This document shows, in pieces, positions 27,357 through 41,596 of a DNA stretch of 64,000 nt (position 1 is the first letter of the stretch; every line of letters begins with the position of its first letter). The notes below the pieces were generated by a model. The model was not told the DNA's origin, searched no databases, and saw only the letters and a list, made by a program, of their open reading frames with translations. The stretch is taken from the NCBI RefSeq assembly GCF_009914755.1, contig NC_060935.1; one strand, given 5' to 3'. The translations under genes and the position numbers were made by a program. This DNA comes from the human T2T-CHM13v2.0 reference genome, Homo sapiens.

Positions 27357-28012
27357 TTCTAGACATTTGGGCACCTTTTTTTTTTCTTACCCTTCTTAAG
27401 CCCACATGAATAAAACAAGTGACTGTCAATATTTGTATCATTGTACATGCTTTCAACTACAATGATGGGAAAATATAGCACTCTTTAAGAAAATTAGGGA
27501 ATGCAGTTATCACCAGGTCGCTCCCCTACGTCAGTTTTATAATCTTCACTTACATAATATGTAAGAAAGCATTTTCTATGTAAATAAATTTCAACAGTCA
27601 TAATATTTGTTATTATTTAACTGGGTTGAAGAATTAAATATTTTAAAGAATTATTTCAGAAGAAAACTAAAAACTTCAGAATATCTAATGCAATTTTGCC
27701 TGGTACACCCCTGGCATATGGGAGCCAATAATCAAAATGGCTTTTTTTAATAGATAAGAAGGAAACCCCATAAGGCTGAAACATTGCCTAATTCTAATGA
27801 AAAAGGCCAAAGCCATTTTAACTTGGGTAGATTTTACTCTACACTGATCCTATTTTATTTCTTATTCCCCCTTTGAAACCATCCTTAACTAACTTAACCT
27901 TGGATGTACTTATTCTTATCTAATCAAAACCTACGCATCATGGGCTCTGGAGAGATATTGCTCAGGTTAAAATCCCTTCTCTACAAGTTACTAGCTATGG
28001 ATGTTGGGGAAC

Positions 28013-28386
28013 TTTATTAGTCTGTTTTCATGCTGCTCTGAAGAAATACCTGAGACTGAGTAATTTATAAAGGAAAGAGGTTTTAATTGACTCATAGTTC
28101 TGCACGGCTGGGGAGGCCTCAGGAAACTTACAATCATGATGGAAGGGGAAGCAAACATGTCCTTCTTCACATGGTGGCAGCAAGGAGAAGTGCAGAGCGA
28201 AATGGAGGCAAAAACCCCTTATAAAACCATCATATTTTGTGAGAACTCACTATCACGAGAACAGCATGGAGGTAACCACTCCGATGATTCAATTACCTCC
28301 CACCGGGTCCCTCCCAGAATACCTGGAAATTATGGGAACTACAGTTCAAGATGAGATTTGGGTGGGGACATAGCCAAACCATATCA
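28013..28386 (-). mobile_element. THE1 (THE1C-like) MaLR solo LTR inserted into a MIR
   Basis: 'tattagtctgttttcatgctgct...gagatttgggtggggacatagccaaaccatatca'. 5-bp TSD-like GGAAC/GAAAC. MIR halves at ~27940-28012 and 28392-28510. Confidence 0.9.
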
Positions 28387-29004
28387 GAAACTTAAATTTC
28401 TTTGTACCTCATTTTTTTTCTATCAGTATAATGAGGATAACAATAGTACTTACATCATACCATTGCTCTGAGAACAAATTAATATACATAAAGGATTGAA
28501 ACAATGTTTAACACATTTTAATATTATAATGAAATTCTTACCTTCTTCAGCTCACAGAGTATTTTGTGGAATAATTTGTTGGTTCTTAAAACCGTGATAT
28601 ATTGATTCCTAGTTAATAGAAAAGAAAACTAACACAAAAAACATAGGGATTTTCCTGTGTTTACAACAACTAAACCATCCCTGTGCTCAGCGTTCTGAGT
28701 CATGCTACACTTAACAACTTCTACTTCAGAACTTAAATATGTTGTGGTATCTTCAATCTGCTATTTGTTAGTTGAAATTTCATATCATTTAAGGAAATAG
28801 TGTTTCCTTAATGCAATAAATTCCCCTTTGCCTTTTCTGCTATTTTATCACATAGGGATGGACTGTACTTCATATACTAAGAGCCCTTCTTCTGGGTAGA
28901 AGTTCATCATCTGAATCAGAATTGAATGACCTATCATGGTGAATAATAAGTGTAAATTTAATTCCACAAGACCTATTACCATCTGCTTGTAGATAATGGC
29001 ACAA

Positions 29005-29168
29005 ATATACATATCTCTATATATACACACGTACATATATATGTGTATATATATACATATCTATATATACACATGTACATATGTGTGTATATATATCTAT
29101 ATATACACATGTACATATATGTGTGTATATATACATATCTATCTATATACATATATGTATGTATGTAT
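29005..29168. repeat. TA/CA-rich low-complexity repeat
   Basis: Repeated 'tatatatacacatgtacatatatgtgtgta' units. Confidence 0.9.
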
Positions 29169-29228
29169 TTGAAAGTATTTTCTTCTTACTGGGTTGTCAG
29201 GACACTTTAGAGAGGTTTGTTCTTTTCT

Positions 29229-29507
29229 TTTTTTTTTTGAGACGCTGTCACCCAGGCTGGAGTGCAGTGGCATGATCTTGACTCACTGCAAGCTCCGCCT
29301 CCCGGGTTCACGCCATTCTCCTGCCTCAGCCTCCTGAGTAGCTGAGACGACAGGCGCCCGCCACCACACCTATTTTTTTTTTATTTTTAGTAGAGATGGG
29401 GTTTCACCATGTTAGCCAGGATGGTCTCGATCTCCTGACCTCGTGATCCGCCTTGCCTCAGCCTCCCAAAGTGCTGAGATTATAGGTATGAGCCACCGTG
29501 CCCGGCC
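29229..29507 (-). mobile_element. AluY with small internal deletions
   Basis: 'gcaagctccgcctcccgggttcacgccattc'. Degenerate TSD gaggtttgttcttttct / gaggtttgctattttct. Confidence 0.95.
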
Positions 29508-30330
29508 GAGGTTTGCTATTTTCTCACCTTGGTACCAAAGACAGCTTTAGAGTTGGACATATCTGAGTTCTCCTCTTGACTCCTCCACTAGCTAACTATT
29601 TGATGCTAATTCTTGCAAGGTGCTTAACCTCTGTTGACCTCAGTTTTCCCATCTGTAACAATAGTGTCCCTTGGTGGTATTGGTGAAAGACAGCAAGGTT
29701 AAGCCACTTGCCTATACTCATATAGCCAATAAGTGGCAGAGCTGGGTACAAATCCAAGTCTTCGTGATGCAGAATGCTCTTTCTTCACTGTTTTCCTCAG
29801 TTTCTGAAGAGGAAGAGTTTGTGATCTCTGGTCCTAATCCCCTGTGGAACACGTGAGGCTTGGGGTTCTCTGAATAGGGGCTTCTATCCCAGCAGTTTGT
29901 TTGCAGTGGGTAAGGCAGATGGGCTCCATTCTTGGGTATTAGCATGTTCCCAATTCTGGGCTGGAAAATCAGGCCTGTCTATTCACGCAGAAAGGTTATG
30001 AATACAAAAAAGGGTGATCATTACATAAAAGGCCAGGGTATTGAGACTGCTTTGACTTCTCCAGGTCCTTCTCCCATTCTCTTGTTACCCTTTCTGTTCC
30101 ATTACCTTATCTTCTTGACTTTGATTTTCTTTTCAGGTCTTGACCTCATTTCATACTTGACAGCAGAATTTGGCATAACTGATTAATTGAACAGTCTGAA
30201 ATTAGCTGGGGTATAAAGCATGAAGCAGTTTTATTTTTCTTCAATAACTGCCCTCAACTATTCCCTTGACAACATCATAGGCAGATTCCGTAGCTTTTTA
30301 GTGACTTCTGTTTATAGAAATTCCAGTCTA

Positions 30331-30760
<430 letters not shown>

Positions 30761-33322
30761 TCAGTTTTGCCTTGCCTTGGGCCTGCAAATATTTGCCCTT
30801 TCATGGGTCAGTAAGGTCTGTGGCAGGTCCTGTATGACCATCCCTTTGCACGTGTCCCTAACAGGGAGATTCATTCTGGCCTGGCCTCATATCTAACCAC
30901 TCCTCCTTTTTAGATCCTTTTCTTAATAGCGTGCCTCTGTAGCCTCTTACTGCTGAAGTCTCCTCACCCAACCGGTAACTATTTTGGATGTGGCCTTGGC
31001 AAAGTGGCTCAAGGCTAGTTACCTTTCACAGTGCCCACTTGACCATAGAAAACATACATTCTTGACATGGCAGTACCAGGACATGCCAGTACCAAGAGAT
31101 TATTCTGCTGTTGAACTCTTTTTGTCATTTTTCTGCCATTTTTCTCCAGCATTTTTCTCTCCATGCTCAGACACAGACATTGGTAGTTTCATTGCATAAT
31201 AGATACCCAGCTGAGGAATGGCATCTCAGCCTGTTCTTGCTGGCACCTCCAATCTCTTAGAAGGTCAAAGCATTCCTTCTGAGCTAGTGACTCATACCAC
31301 ATTATCCTTTCTCCCTGAGCTGTCATTTTTGCTTCTATGCATAGGCGAGGGGATGGAGTTGTAATGATTTAGATAGCAACACTTGGAGATGGTGTCTGGC
31401 ACCTAATTGTTTTTTTAACTTTCTTTAGGATTTGAGTACTTGGCTTCATTTCATCCTCAGCTTTGATACTAATTCTGGCTCTGGGGAGAAGTCCTGCTCA
31501 ACATCCAATTGCACTGGCTTCTCTGGCTCTTGACCCCAGGTGCTTCCTTAGCCATGCTCTGTGGGTATCTTCTGGTGGTTTCCACTCCTGGATTCCACAG
31601 CTCACTATTCTCCTGACCCAGTCCTGATCTTGAAAACCAACTCTGGTGTTTGCCCAACAGGTCCAGCATTTTCAGATGGCCTCTGATTCCTAGGATGGGG
31701 ATTATCCTAAGGAAGTATTCAGACACCATGATCTGATGAGAGCCTAGAGCCATGTGCCATCACAAGGGGAGCAAAGTCTTGCCTACTAAGGGAACACATG
31801 CCCTGGACTGCATTTCCCTGTCTCATTATTCCTGCCTCTGACACCAACATTTCTGGAGACTAAGATTTTTGTTGTAATGCATTGTCTTTGTTCCAGCAGA
31901 TCAGGGACTGGGCAGAGTTGTAGAAGTCCACTGTTTTACTGCCACTGAGATTTCTAAGGTGGATTTTCAGAAAGGGAGAGACAACATATGTCAACCCTTA
32001 TTGAGTGCCTTCTAAAATTAATAATATGCTCTTATTTAATTTTTGTACCAATTATGTGCAATAGGTGACCTTATTCCCATTTTAAGGAGGAGTAAAGGGA
32101 GGCCCTGCCATAGGCAAGTCACATGCTCAGTTCAGCTAGATCTTGGGCTAGAATTAAAATCCAGATTGGTCTGATTCCAAAATTCATTGCTCTTTCCCCT
32201 ACATAACAATAAAACAACAATGGAGAAGGCATGTCTGGCCAGGCCAGCACATTGGGACGTGCCTAGGATTGGTCGTTTGTTTGCATCAAATGGCACATGC
32301 CTCAGTCAATGCCTCCTGGCGCTGATCCTGCCTGCCTTTAGGTGTGGCTGCTTTTGAACTGGAACCTGCTCTGGGAACGATACTCGCTAGTCCACACTGA
32401 CTTTCCATTCTCCAGGCTTATCATTATGCATGTTACTTGCAGCAGCAGAGGAAGTTAATTTGGCAGAAGGAAATTAAACTCATCTCTTATTCTGCATTCT
32501 CCCAGAAGTGTTGTACTTGAGGAGAATCACATTCCCAAGGTGACAGGTATTGTACAGAAAGGGCATAACAACCCCTCTCCTTCTTTGGTTCTTTCAAACC
32601 AGTGTAGCATGTAAAAAAAAAAAAAAAAAAAAAAAAGTTGAAAATATTTGTATTTAAGTCAATAATGTTTTTAGGAAGACAAAGATATTTACATGCAAGG
32701 TTATTAATTCAGAGATACAGGCTGCTTAATACATAAGTAAGAACAATTTCTGGGGCAACTCTGTAAACAGGGCTTCTAAGATGGGGAGGCCAGGCCAGGA
32801 GACTGTTTCAATTTAAATGTGATCTCAATTACTGAATGCATACCTAACAAAGAGGACTGGGTTTCTAAGTCTCTTGCTTAATCCATGCTTTTAATTTCTG
32901 TGCAGTCCTTCAAAATGAATTCGTTACATATTTCACTGCTGTCCAGGATGCTGGATGCTAGGATTTGCAGTCTGCCAGAGGATTGAACGTTTTTGGGTAT
33001 TTTGTTGTTGTTGTTGGTTCTGTTTTCAATTTTAGCTTGTGGAAATTTAGCCTGTAGGGACCTTTGGAAATTATTTCAAACCTGCTCGTTTTGTAGATTA
33101 GGAAAGGAGATCCAGAGAAGTTAAGAAGGTGGGTTCTAGTTCTGTTCATAGTTTTTTGTCATTTATAAGTCTGTAGCCTTGGGAGAGTCTTTTCCCTTCT
33201 CTGGTCTTGAATGGGTCAAGGTCAGGTGAAGAGTAATTGGTACTGCCTGGAGCATAAACTTTGTCTTCTAACCAATGTCCAGGGCTGTTGCCATTGGATT
33301 GGAATGACTGCTACTTCCCTAG

Positions 33323-33625
<303 letters not shown>

Positions 33626-33699
33626 TGACCACCTTCTAGAAGCTTTGTGTTAGGCGGTTTGTGGCAATCATTGCCTTGTCATACTTTCCTCTTTTAATG

Positions 33700-34005
33700 A
33701 AGTGAGTTTCCACCTGTCTAGAATGCCATCCTTACTTTGTATGCCTGGCAAACTCTTACATGATATTCATGGCTCGATTTAGAAGCTATCTCCTTGAAAT
33801 TTTCCTTGACTCCCCAGGCAGACTTAGATTTTCTCTACTAAGTTTCATTTGATATCATCTACTCATTATAATTCCACCTAACATAATCATGATGTCATGA
33901 TTGCTGAGTGACACATCATTCACCACAATGGGTTCCTTGTGGGCAGGGGATACTATAATTAGTTTATCACTGGTGCTCAATACTTGTTTGTTGACTACAT
34001 GAACA
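33700..34005 (+). mobile_element. L2 3' fragment
   Basis: 'ttccacctgtctagaatgcc', 'ggttccttgtgggcaggga...gtgctcaatacttgtttgttgac'. Confidence 0.55.
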
Positions 34006-34157
34006 CACAGAAATGGGCTGTGGTAAATTTGATGGTAAGGCTTTTGTTGGAAGCATCCCATCACTTCTTAATTAGACATGATGGCCATGGAGTGATTTGG
34101 GCTAGTGTCCATTAGCTTGGTCAGTGAACAGAGTCTTAATGAATATAGTAAAATGTA

Positions 34158-34508
34158 CATTCATCCCTCAGTGTCTGTGGGGGATTGGTTTCAGGACCCC
34201 CTCAAGGACACCAAAGTCCACGGATGTTCAAGTCTTGGACATAAAATGGATAGTATTTGCATATAACCTATGCATATCCTCCTGTGTACTTTAAATCATC
34301 TCTAGATTACTGATAATACTTAATAAAATGTAAATACTTTGTAAATAGTTATTATACTGCATTGTTTCAGGAATAATGACAAGAAAAATGTCTGTACATA
34401 TTCAATACAGACACAAACATCCATTTTTTTCCCCAATATTTTTGACCTGCAGTTGGTTGAATCCATGGATGGGGGGATGGGGGACCCATGGATACAGAGA
34501 GCTGACTG
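34158..34508 (+). mobile_element. MER2 (TcMar-Tigger), full length
   Basis: 'tccctcagtgtctgtgggggattggtttcaggacccc...tagtatttgcatataaccta...tttaaatcatctctagattac...ggttgaatccatgga...ctgactg'. Confidence 0.88.
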
Positions 34509-35929
34509 CATTGTCTTTGTTGCCAAAAAAAAAAAAAAAATCAGTACGAATCAGGCATTACCATTTTATGCATCCTCAATAATATTTGATGACAAATATG
34601 ATTCTAATATTCCTTTATATCTTCAAAGATAGAAATGCAAAGATAAACTGTGGTAATCATGTAATCCCTATCTAGCTTACAAAATAATGTTCTAGCTAAT
34701 TAGGACAACTTTTAAGAAATCTAATTTACTTTTGTGCATTTCTATAGCATAAACAGGTTCAGGGCCTTATATTAGCTTTTAAGCCATTATTAGTTAGGAT
34801 TTGAATGCCAGGTTTGAAAACACATACACCTATTTCCTCCCCATACAGCACACTATCAAAAACAATCATGGTACAAACTCAGCAGGCCAGTTTTGAAAAT
34901 AAGCACTGAGTATTGTCATGAAAAAACATGAAGATTCTCTGAGCAGTCAAAGCTGCGGTAAAAGAAATTTGATGAATCTTATGTTAGACATAACAGTTAG
35001 AAATATCTGTAGTGATCAGTGCTTCTACTGGCTCACAATAGCATGCCAATTTTTATAATCTGATGTATTGTTTACTATGATTCAAAGAGCAGAAAGTCAA
35101 TCAGCTAAAAGCTATGCTTTGACATCCACAATTAAAAACAAGAAAGAACAACAAATAAATTGCTAATGAATAAAAAGTTTTTTTAAGTTGGAAAATGTAA
35201 AACCAAGGAGTGGAAATTTGTAGGGAAAATGTAAATTACATATGTCCCCAAAGTGGTGAATATATAATATTTATCCTCATGCTTGCAGTAGATAGATTGC
35301 TTACATTTTCCAAATATGCCATTGTACTTACATTTTATATTACAAGTGCCAGGCCTTAGAAGAGCTAAACTAGAATTATTTGTTGTCCCCTGGAGTTACT
35401 CTAGTTATTTTAGTGTAATATCCTGCTGAGATTTATATGAAAATGAATTTTAATTTCTAATAAGGTAACCATATGCTTTGGAGGCTGTTGCAATAAAATG
35501 TCATAAATAATTATTGTTTCTAACAAATTCCACCTTGAGACAATCAGGTCTTGTTTTAACAGCCCATGTTAGACATGGATTTTAGCCATTTTCATATTTC
35601 CACCACCCTCACCTTGCAGTCTTCAAGTGGCAACAGGAGAGATACCCTGGTGGAAACTTTTTTTCTCTTTCTACTCCTCACCTGCATGATGTTATTTTGT
35701 TTTAGAATTGCAAGCTTCAAAAGGAGGCAGATATCTAACAGACTTAATTTTCTGTTTTTTTTTTTTACTCCTAATTGCTGCAGAGAAAATTGATCACATT
35801 AGGTATAGTGTGTGTGACTTGTCCAGAGGAATTAACTTTGCTCATCCTTTTCTTGTGATTAATAGTTAACTAATTTTAGTAGCTGTAAATAACTAAGAGT
35901 TAGAAGAAGCAATAAAAAAATCAGCTTCT

Positions 35930-36215
<286 letters not shown>

Positions 36216-38049
36216 AATCAGCTTCTATAAATTGCTTCACATTTCTACATCCCAGAAGAGAAGAGTGGCTCCAGTTCTTAACTCAGTTCTTCCCCTTTGT
36301 TATATCCCTTCAACCAGCTTTCTTTGCCTTATTGTGTATCAATCAATAAGTCAATCAACACATATTTATGTGCTGCTCTGTTTCATGCTGGGCAGTGTGG
36401 GATATCAAAAAAGAGTAAGACATGATCTCTATCTTCTGTAAATCACCTCCTTAGAGCTAATCTGGCTCACTGGAATGCTACGGAATTTAAGTTAGGGAGG
36501 AATTCAGAGAAAAGTTAGGTCACTGGGCACTGAACTAGATGGAAGTTTCATGAAGAAGGCAAGGGCTGAAGAATGAACGAGATTTGGATTAAAGGACAAA
36601 AGAAGAGAAACATTTTGTGCTCATTCTACAGGGGTTTATTTTTACTTAATGTATTAGTCTTCAGGTATCAGGGTTGAAATTATTACCCTGCCATTTAATG
36701 TATAAGAATTTATTTTCTTCAGTATGATCTCATTCTCATTCCCTGTTCTTAATAAAAGGAGGACCTGTGTGATTATAGGTCCTTGGATCTCACTTAACTT
36801 AAAACTGTTGTTTGGATGGACTCAGCTCATTTAGGTAAGCTAAGTATTCAGCTTATTCAAAGTTTAAAGCTTCCTCACAGCTTTTGGAGACCTCCTCTTT
36901 CCCTTATGCTCAAGATAGTACTTGCATGTTCTGTCAGAGGACTGGAGTGACTGATGTAATTCCTCTTACCCAGTCTTTGGGTGATAGTCTTTGTTCTTGC
37001 TGTAGCCTAGCATGGGTTTCCATGCATGATGAGTGCTGCCAGGAAGCCTTTCTATCTTAACCACTATGCTCCCACCTCTGCTGTCACTGGGGCTACTGAT
37101 TCTCCAGGACCTAATTTCAGCTTCCATTTGCTCACCTGCCTGGGCGGTCCACCTTGAAATCATCTGTATCTCACCCTGTGACTCTTCCCTGGTGACCTCA
37201 GCAGCTGGATACTCAGTAAGCTTCTCATGGTGGGGATGGGAAACTCTGGATCCCTTTCTTCCCATATCAGGAGTTCAGGGACCCTGGATATGCCACATCC
37301 CCATTTCTGTTAAATTACAACTTTTTTCTGTGGGCATGGGAGTCCATCTTTAGAGGCTCTCCTTCTAGACTTCCAGACAGCAAATTGAGTAGCAAATTCT
37401 TTGTTCTTTAATCCTCCTCTGCCCTCTCTAGGGTTTTTATCTTCCCGATTTACCCATCTCCGTAAAACTGAACAGTTGGAGGTATTAGGTCCTTAACACC
37501 TTTGTTCTCCTTACATCCTCTCTGAATCTCCCCCACCTCCATATCCTCCACTGGAATGGCTTCAACTTCCTTTTCCTATATTTTAGGAACTTCTCCTACA
37601 TCATATTTCTTCTTTTTCCCTACCCCATGAGCATATCGTCCATTTTGCTTTTGCAAAAAAACTTTATCCTAAAGATGAGAGAAGCTATAAGGGAAGAAAA
37701 AAACAACACTGTAACAACTAGATGATTAAGAGGAAAAACACATCAAAGTGTATTTCACAAAATTTGTCTACTAATAAATACAATGTATGACTATAACCAA
37801 ATGGTACAATAATATTTGTTGGTTTCCAATTCAATGACTATTGAAAGGTGGTGAGTGCTTTGGATTTAAGAGTTTAAGTTTCCTATCACCATGTCAGTAG
37901 TATGGGTGAGACATGGTAAGACTAAACATTAGGCATCATAAAAAAGCTAAAGGACAAGATACAGTAACTCAGTGGTTCGTCTGTATGTTACAGCCATTCC
38001 AGAGCACTGGGATCAGATTCTATCACCCCAAGTCAGGCTGAAAAAGAGA

Positions 38050-38325
38050 ATGATGCTAAATGTAGCATGTTATCATTGGTGGGGATTGTGGAACAGAATA
38101 AGGGCATTAGTGAAAAAAATCTGTGGAATATGAATATAATTTGGAGTTTAGGTAATAGTGATGTGCCAATCAATGTTGGTTTCTTAGTTTTGACAAACTC
38201 ACCATGGTATATAAGATGTTAATATAAGGGGAAACTGTGGTAGAGGTATTCAGGAGCTGTCTGTACTATCTTTACAACTTTTTTGTGTGTGTAAAATTAT
38301 TCCCACGTAGAAAGTTTATTTAAAA
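38050..38325 (+). mobile_element. Old L1M (L1MC/ME-like) 3' end
   Basis: 'ggaacagaataagggcattagtgaaaaa...aagatgttaatataaggggaaactg...ctgtactatctttacaacttttt...taaaattattcc'. Confidence 0.7.
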
Positions 38326-38336
38326 TAAATTATTTG

Positions 38337-38640
38337 GGATCAGGCACGGTGGCTTACGCCTGTAATCTCAGCATTTTGAGCATTGCTTGAGCCCAGGAGT
38401 TCAGGACCAGCCTGGGTAACATAGCAAGACCCTGTCTCTACAAGAAATTAACAAATTAGCTGGGTGTGATGGTGTGCCTGTAGTCTTAGCTGCTCAGCAG
38501 GCTGAAGCAGGAGAATCACTTGAGCCCAGGAGTTCTAAATTTCAGTGAGCCATGATCACACCATTGCATTCCAGCCTGGGTGATAGACCAAGACCCTATC
38601 TCTAAACAAACAAACAAACAAAAAATGAATAAAAATAAAA
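38337..38640 (+). mobile_element. AluJ with a left-arm deletion and (AAAC)n tail
   Basis: 'ttgcttgagcccaggagttcaggaccagcctgggtaacatagcaagaccctgtctctaca' are J-type diagnostics. Confidence 0.9.
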
Positions 38641-40819
38641 AATTAAATTCTTTGTACCTATGGACAAGCCCACAAGCAACAAGCAAAATGCAAACTATTA
38701 TATTTCTTGTTACAATCTTCTTAAAATTGTTAACATTTTCCATCTCCTGAGATTTTTAGAATATTTTAAAAATTATAAGAATATTAAGAAGTGAAAAACT
38801 CTCATATTTCTTTGTGTATGTATATATGTGTATTTTCATTGTTTTACTTATAGCCCTGTTTTCAATAAATAGCTATTTAGTAAATAGCCATGCAGATATT
38901 ACAAAAGAGAGAGAAAAATGTTGATTTTCTAACACTCCTGATAGATTAATTTTCCCTCAGAGTGCAGGATATTCTGCATTTAGTTTAGATAACATAAGCT
39001 TTTTTTCATTTTGTTTTAGCCATAGCTGAATTTTGTTTGTTACCCCTTCTGAAGTTTCTTTTGCTAAGATATATTTTTGTACTCTTAGTTTACAATTTTT
39101 TTTTCCACAGTGAGGATGGTGACAATTTTCATTAAACACCTTATAAATAGTCCTACACCATCTCTATATACCTCCAGTTCTGTTATTATCCAAATTTATC
39201 ATCTCTCCTAGGTGTGTAAGCACCTTGACACAAAATGCATCTTGAGAACTGTTAAGCCAAAGCAGCAGCTAATTTAACAGCTTTGGCTTGGTCAATAATG
39301 TTGACCAGTAGGAAAACATCGGCTGTCTTCCATCTTCCTGCTGGTCAGCATTATTAACTCCACAGTTTAATGAGTGAGCTTGAGAACTGCTGCCTGTGTA
39401 TGCTTCTGTAGAAGATGAGATTGGATTAAATTCAATCTATATAATGCCAGGGATGATGAAAATTGCATGTCCTCTTACATTCATGTAAAAATTGCTTTTA
39501 TGGAGCTCTTCCTTCTTTCTGTAAACTCAGCCTTTCTTAAAATGAAATATACATTTTCAATAGGAATCAGACGAAGGGTGACTTCTACCATTACTTGAAA
39601 AGCAGCAAATGCAACTTGGACAAAATTAAATGAGAGTTCTATCACACATTTGGCTAAGTTCAGGTTTGCAAAAAAGACTCATAGAGTCCAAGTTTGGTGT
39701 ATATGGTGGTTTGTGATGTTTTACATTATTTGCCACATCCCCATGCTAAGTCAATGATGGATATCAAATGCTGGGGTTAAGGTTCCAAGCCTGTAAGACT
39801 CTCAGAAACCCTGTCATGGCAGAATTCTGTACGTAAAAGAGATACCACAACCTTCTGTTTAGTTCCTTTGCTTCTTTGTTTGCCACATTGCCCATCATTC
39901 TTGGCTCCTATCTAAGATTTGGGACTCCATTAAGCTTTAATGTGATGCTACTGTCTCATCCTCACCTCAGTCTGTCCATAGCTTTGCTTTTGTTCTACAT
40001 GCTAGTTCTTAGGACCCTGGCTGCACTCTATGTGGTGTATGACATTTTAAATGGTGACAACCACCTGTTGTTCTGTTCCGTGAATGTGGGCTTCCACTCA
40101 TTGGGCAGAAAGAGTCCTACCTAAGAGACTCAACTTATTCCTTAGACTTTCCTACTAAAAATGTGTGACCAGTTTGAATTTCCTTTGATCACATGCTGTT
40201 TTTTATTTCCAAAGCATGAGTATGAGTCTTTAGGGGAAGTTGAGGAGCATCCATTGAATTCACCCTCAAAATTAGTAGCCTATCCCCTCATATGTATCTT
40301 CCAGACCTTGTTTTCTAAAAAGTTCATTATATAAAACCTTTGGTACCCTTGCAAAAAAAAAAAAGCCCCAACTTCGCTTGAGTCTTCCAACTTTAAAAGG
40401 TATGGACTTCTCTTGATTTGAATTTTCAGCTGTTTTAACTGGAAATGTCTCTCAGCTTCAGTCAATTAAGGTAGCTTCTGTTGTTGTTTTCTTCATTATG
40501 GTGTTAAAGTTTTAGCTCTAATCTGCCACCTGCCCTGTAAAGGACATCGATACTCCAGAGCATGTTTGCTAATTATATTTGATTAGTTGAAAGGTCATAT
40601 GAAGGTTGTGTGTGTGTGTGTGTCTTTGGATGGGGATGTCTCAGAGCACTAATAGATGATGTTCCTCAGATCCACCAAGGGTAAATAAATGGAGTTGAAC
40701 AAAAGGTGTTGGCAATGATTGACTAAATCACAGTGAAAGATGTGGATCTGGCCTTGGAAAACTTTTCTACTTAGCTGACATTCTTAGCTATTGTTTGACC
40801 TTGAATAAGAATCTTAATC

Positions 40820-40905
40820 GCACCAGCACGGCACATGTATACATATGTAACTAACCTACACAATGTGCACATGTACCCTAAAACTTAAAGTATAATAAAA
40901 AAAAA
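40820..40905 (+). mobile_element. 86-bp young L1 3' end (L1PA2/pre-Ta-like) with perfect 13-bp TSD
   Basis: 'gcaccagcacggcacatgtatacatatgtaactaacctacacaatgtgcacatgtaccctaaaacttaaagtataat' plus an A tail. TSD AAGAATCTTAATC at 40807-40819 / 40906-40918. Confidence 0.93.
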
Positions 40906-41470
40906 AAGAATCTTAATCCAGTTTACTGTGTCAGAGGGTGGTGAGATTCAAGATCATTATAAAGTGTTTGTGTATTACCTACTTAAGGGAACCTTTATGA
41001 ACTTTGTCATTCAAATAATCTTTTCGGAACCCAGAGTTAAAATTTCCCAGAGCTATTGTTGTCTGTTGATCTTTACCCAGAATCCTCTGACGAAATCAGA
41101 TTCCCAATCTAGCAGTTAGGACATGACATAATGCACTTTTAAAAAAGCAAAAGGAAAACCTAGGAAAGACAAAGCCAGCTTTAAGTCACTTTCAAAGTCT
41201 CATGATTTTCCTGAAGTGAGGAGACTCCATGGAAAAGAGTGATATAATGCCTCCAATTTATCTCAATGGAGTACATTTGACCGGGATTTATATAGATCAA
41301 ATTAATTGCTTTTCTGCAAGATACAGCAGAAGATGAGGCTTTTGATAGACATTTCTGAAGTTAAATATTCTTTATGCAGCAGGATGTTAAAATAGTACTC
41401 TTTCTGTCCCATGGGTGGAAGCCCACATGCGTAGAACAGAATAGCAGGTGGACACTCTACTCCCCCATTC

Positions 41471-41596
41471 CAGACAAGATCAGGCACATTCAGGGTGTTA
41501 TGGTCGTAGACAGCCTACAGCACCCGGTATTCCCAGGAGGTCTCCCATCCAAGTACTAACCAGGCCTGACCCTGCTTAGCTTCCAAGATCAGATGA
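41471..41596 (-). pseudogene. Circularly permuted 5S rRNA retropseudogene (5S nt 35-119 joined to nt 1-41)
   Basis: Reverse complement of 41596-41512 = TCATCTGATCTTGGAAGCTAAGCAGG...ATACCGGGTGCTGTAGGCT (5S 35-119). It is followed immediately by 41511-41471 = GTCTACGACCATAACACCCTGAATGTGCCTGATCTTGTCTG (5S 1-41). Flanked by direct repeat TACTCCCCCATTCCA (41458-41472 / 41597-41611). Confidence 0.95.

Noticed and set aside
41471-41596. Functional 5S rRNA gene
   Set aside because: It is permuted, CpG-decayed, lacks the terminator, is TSD-flanked and is solitary.
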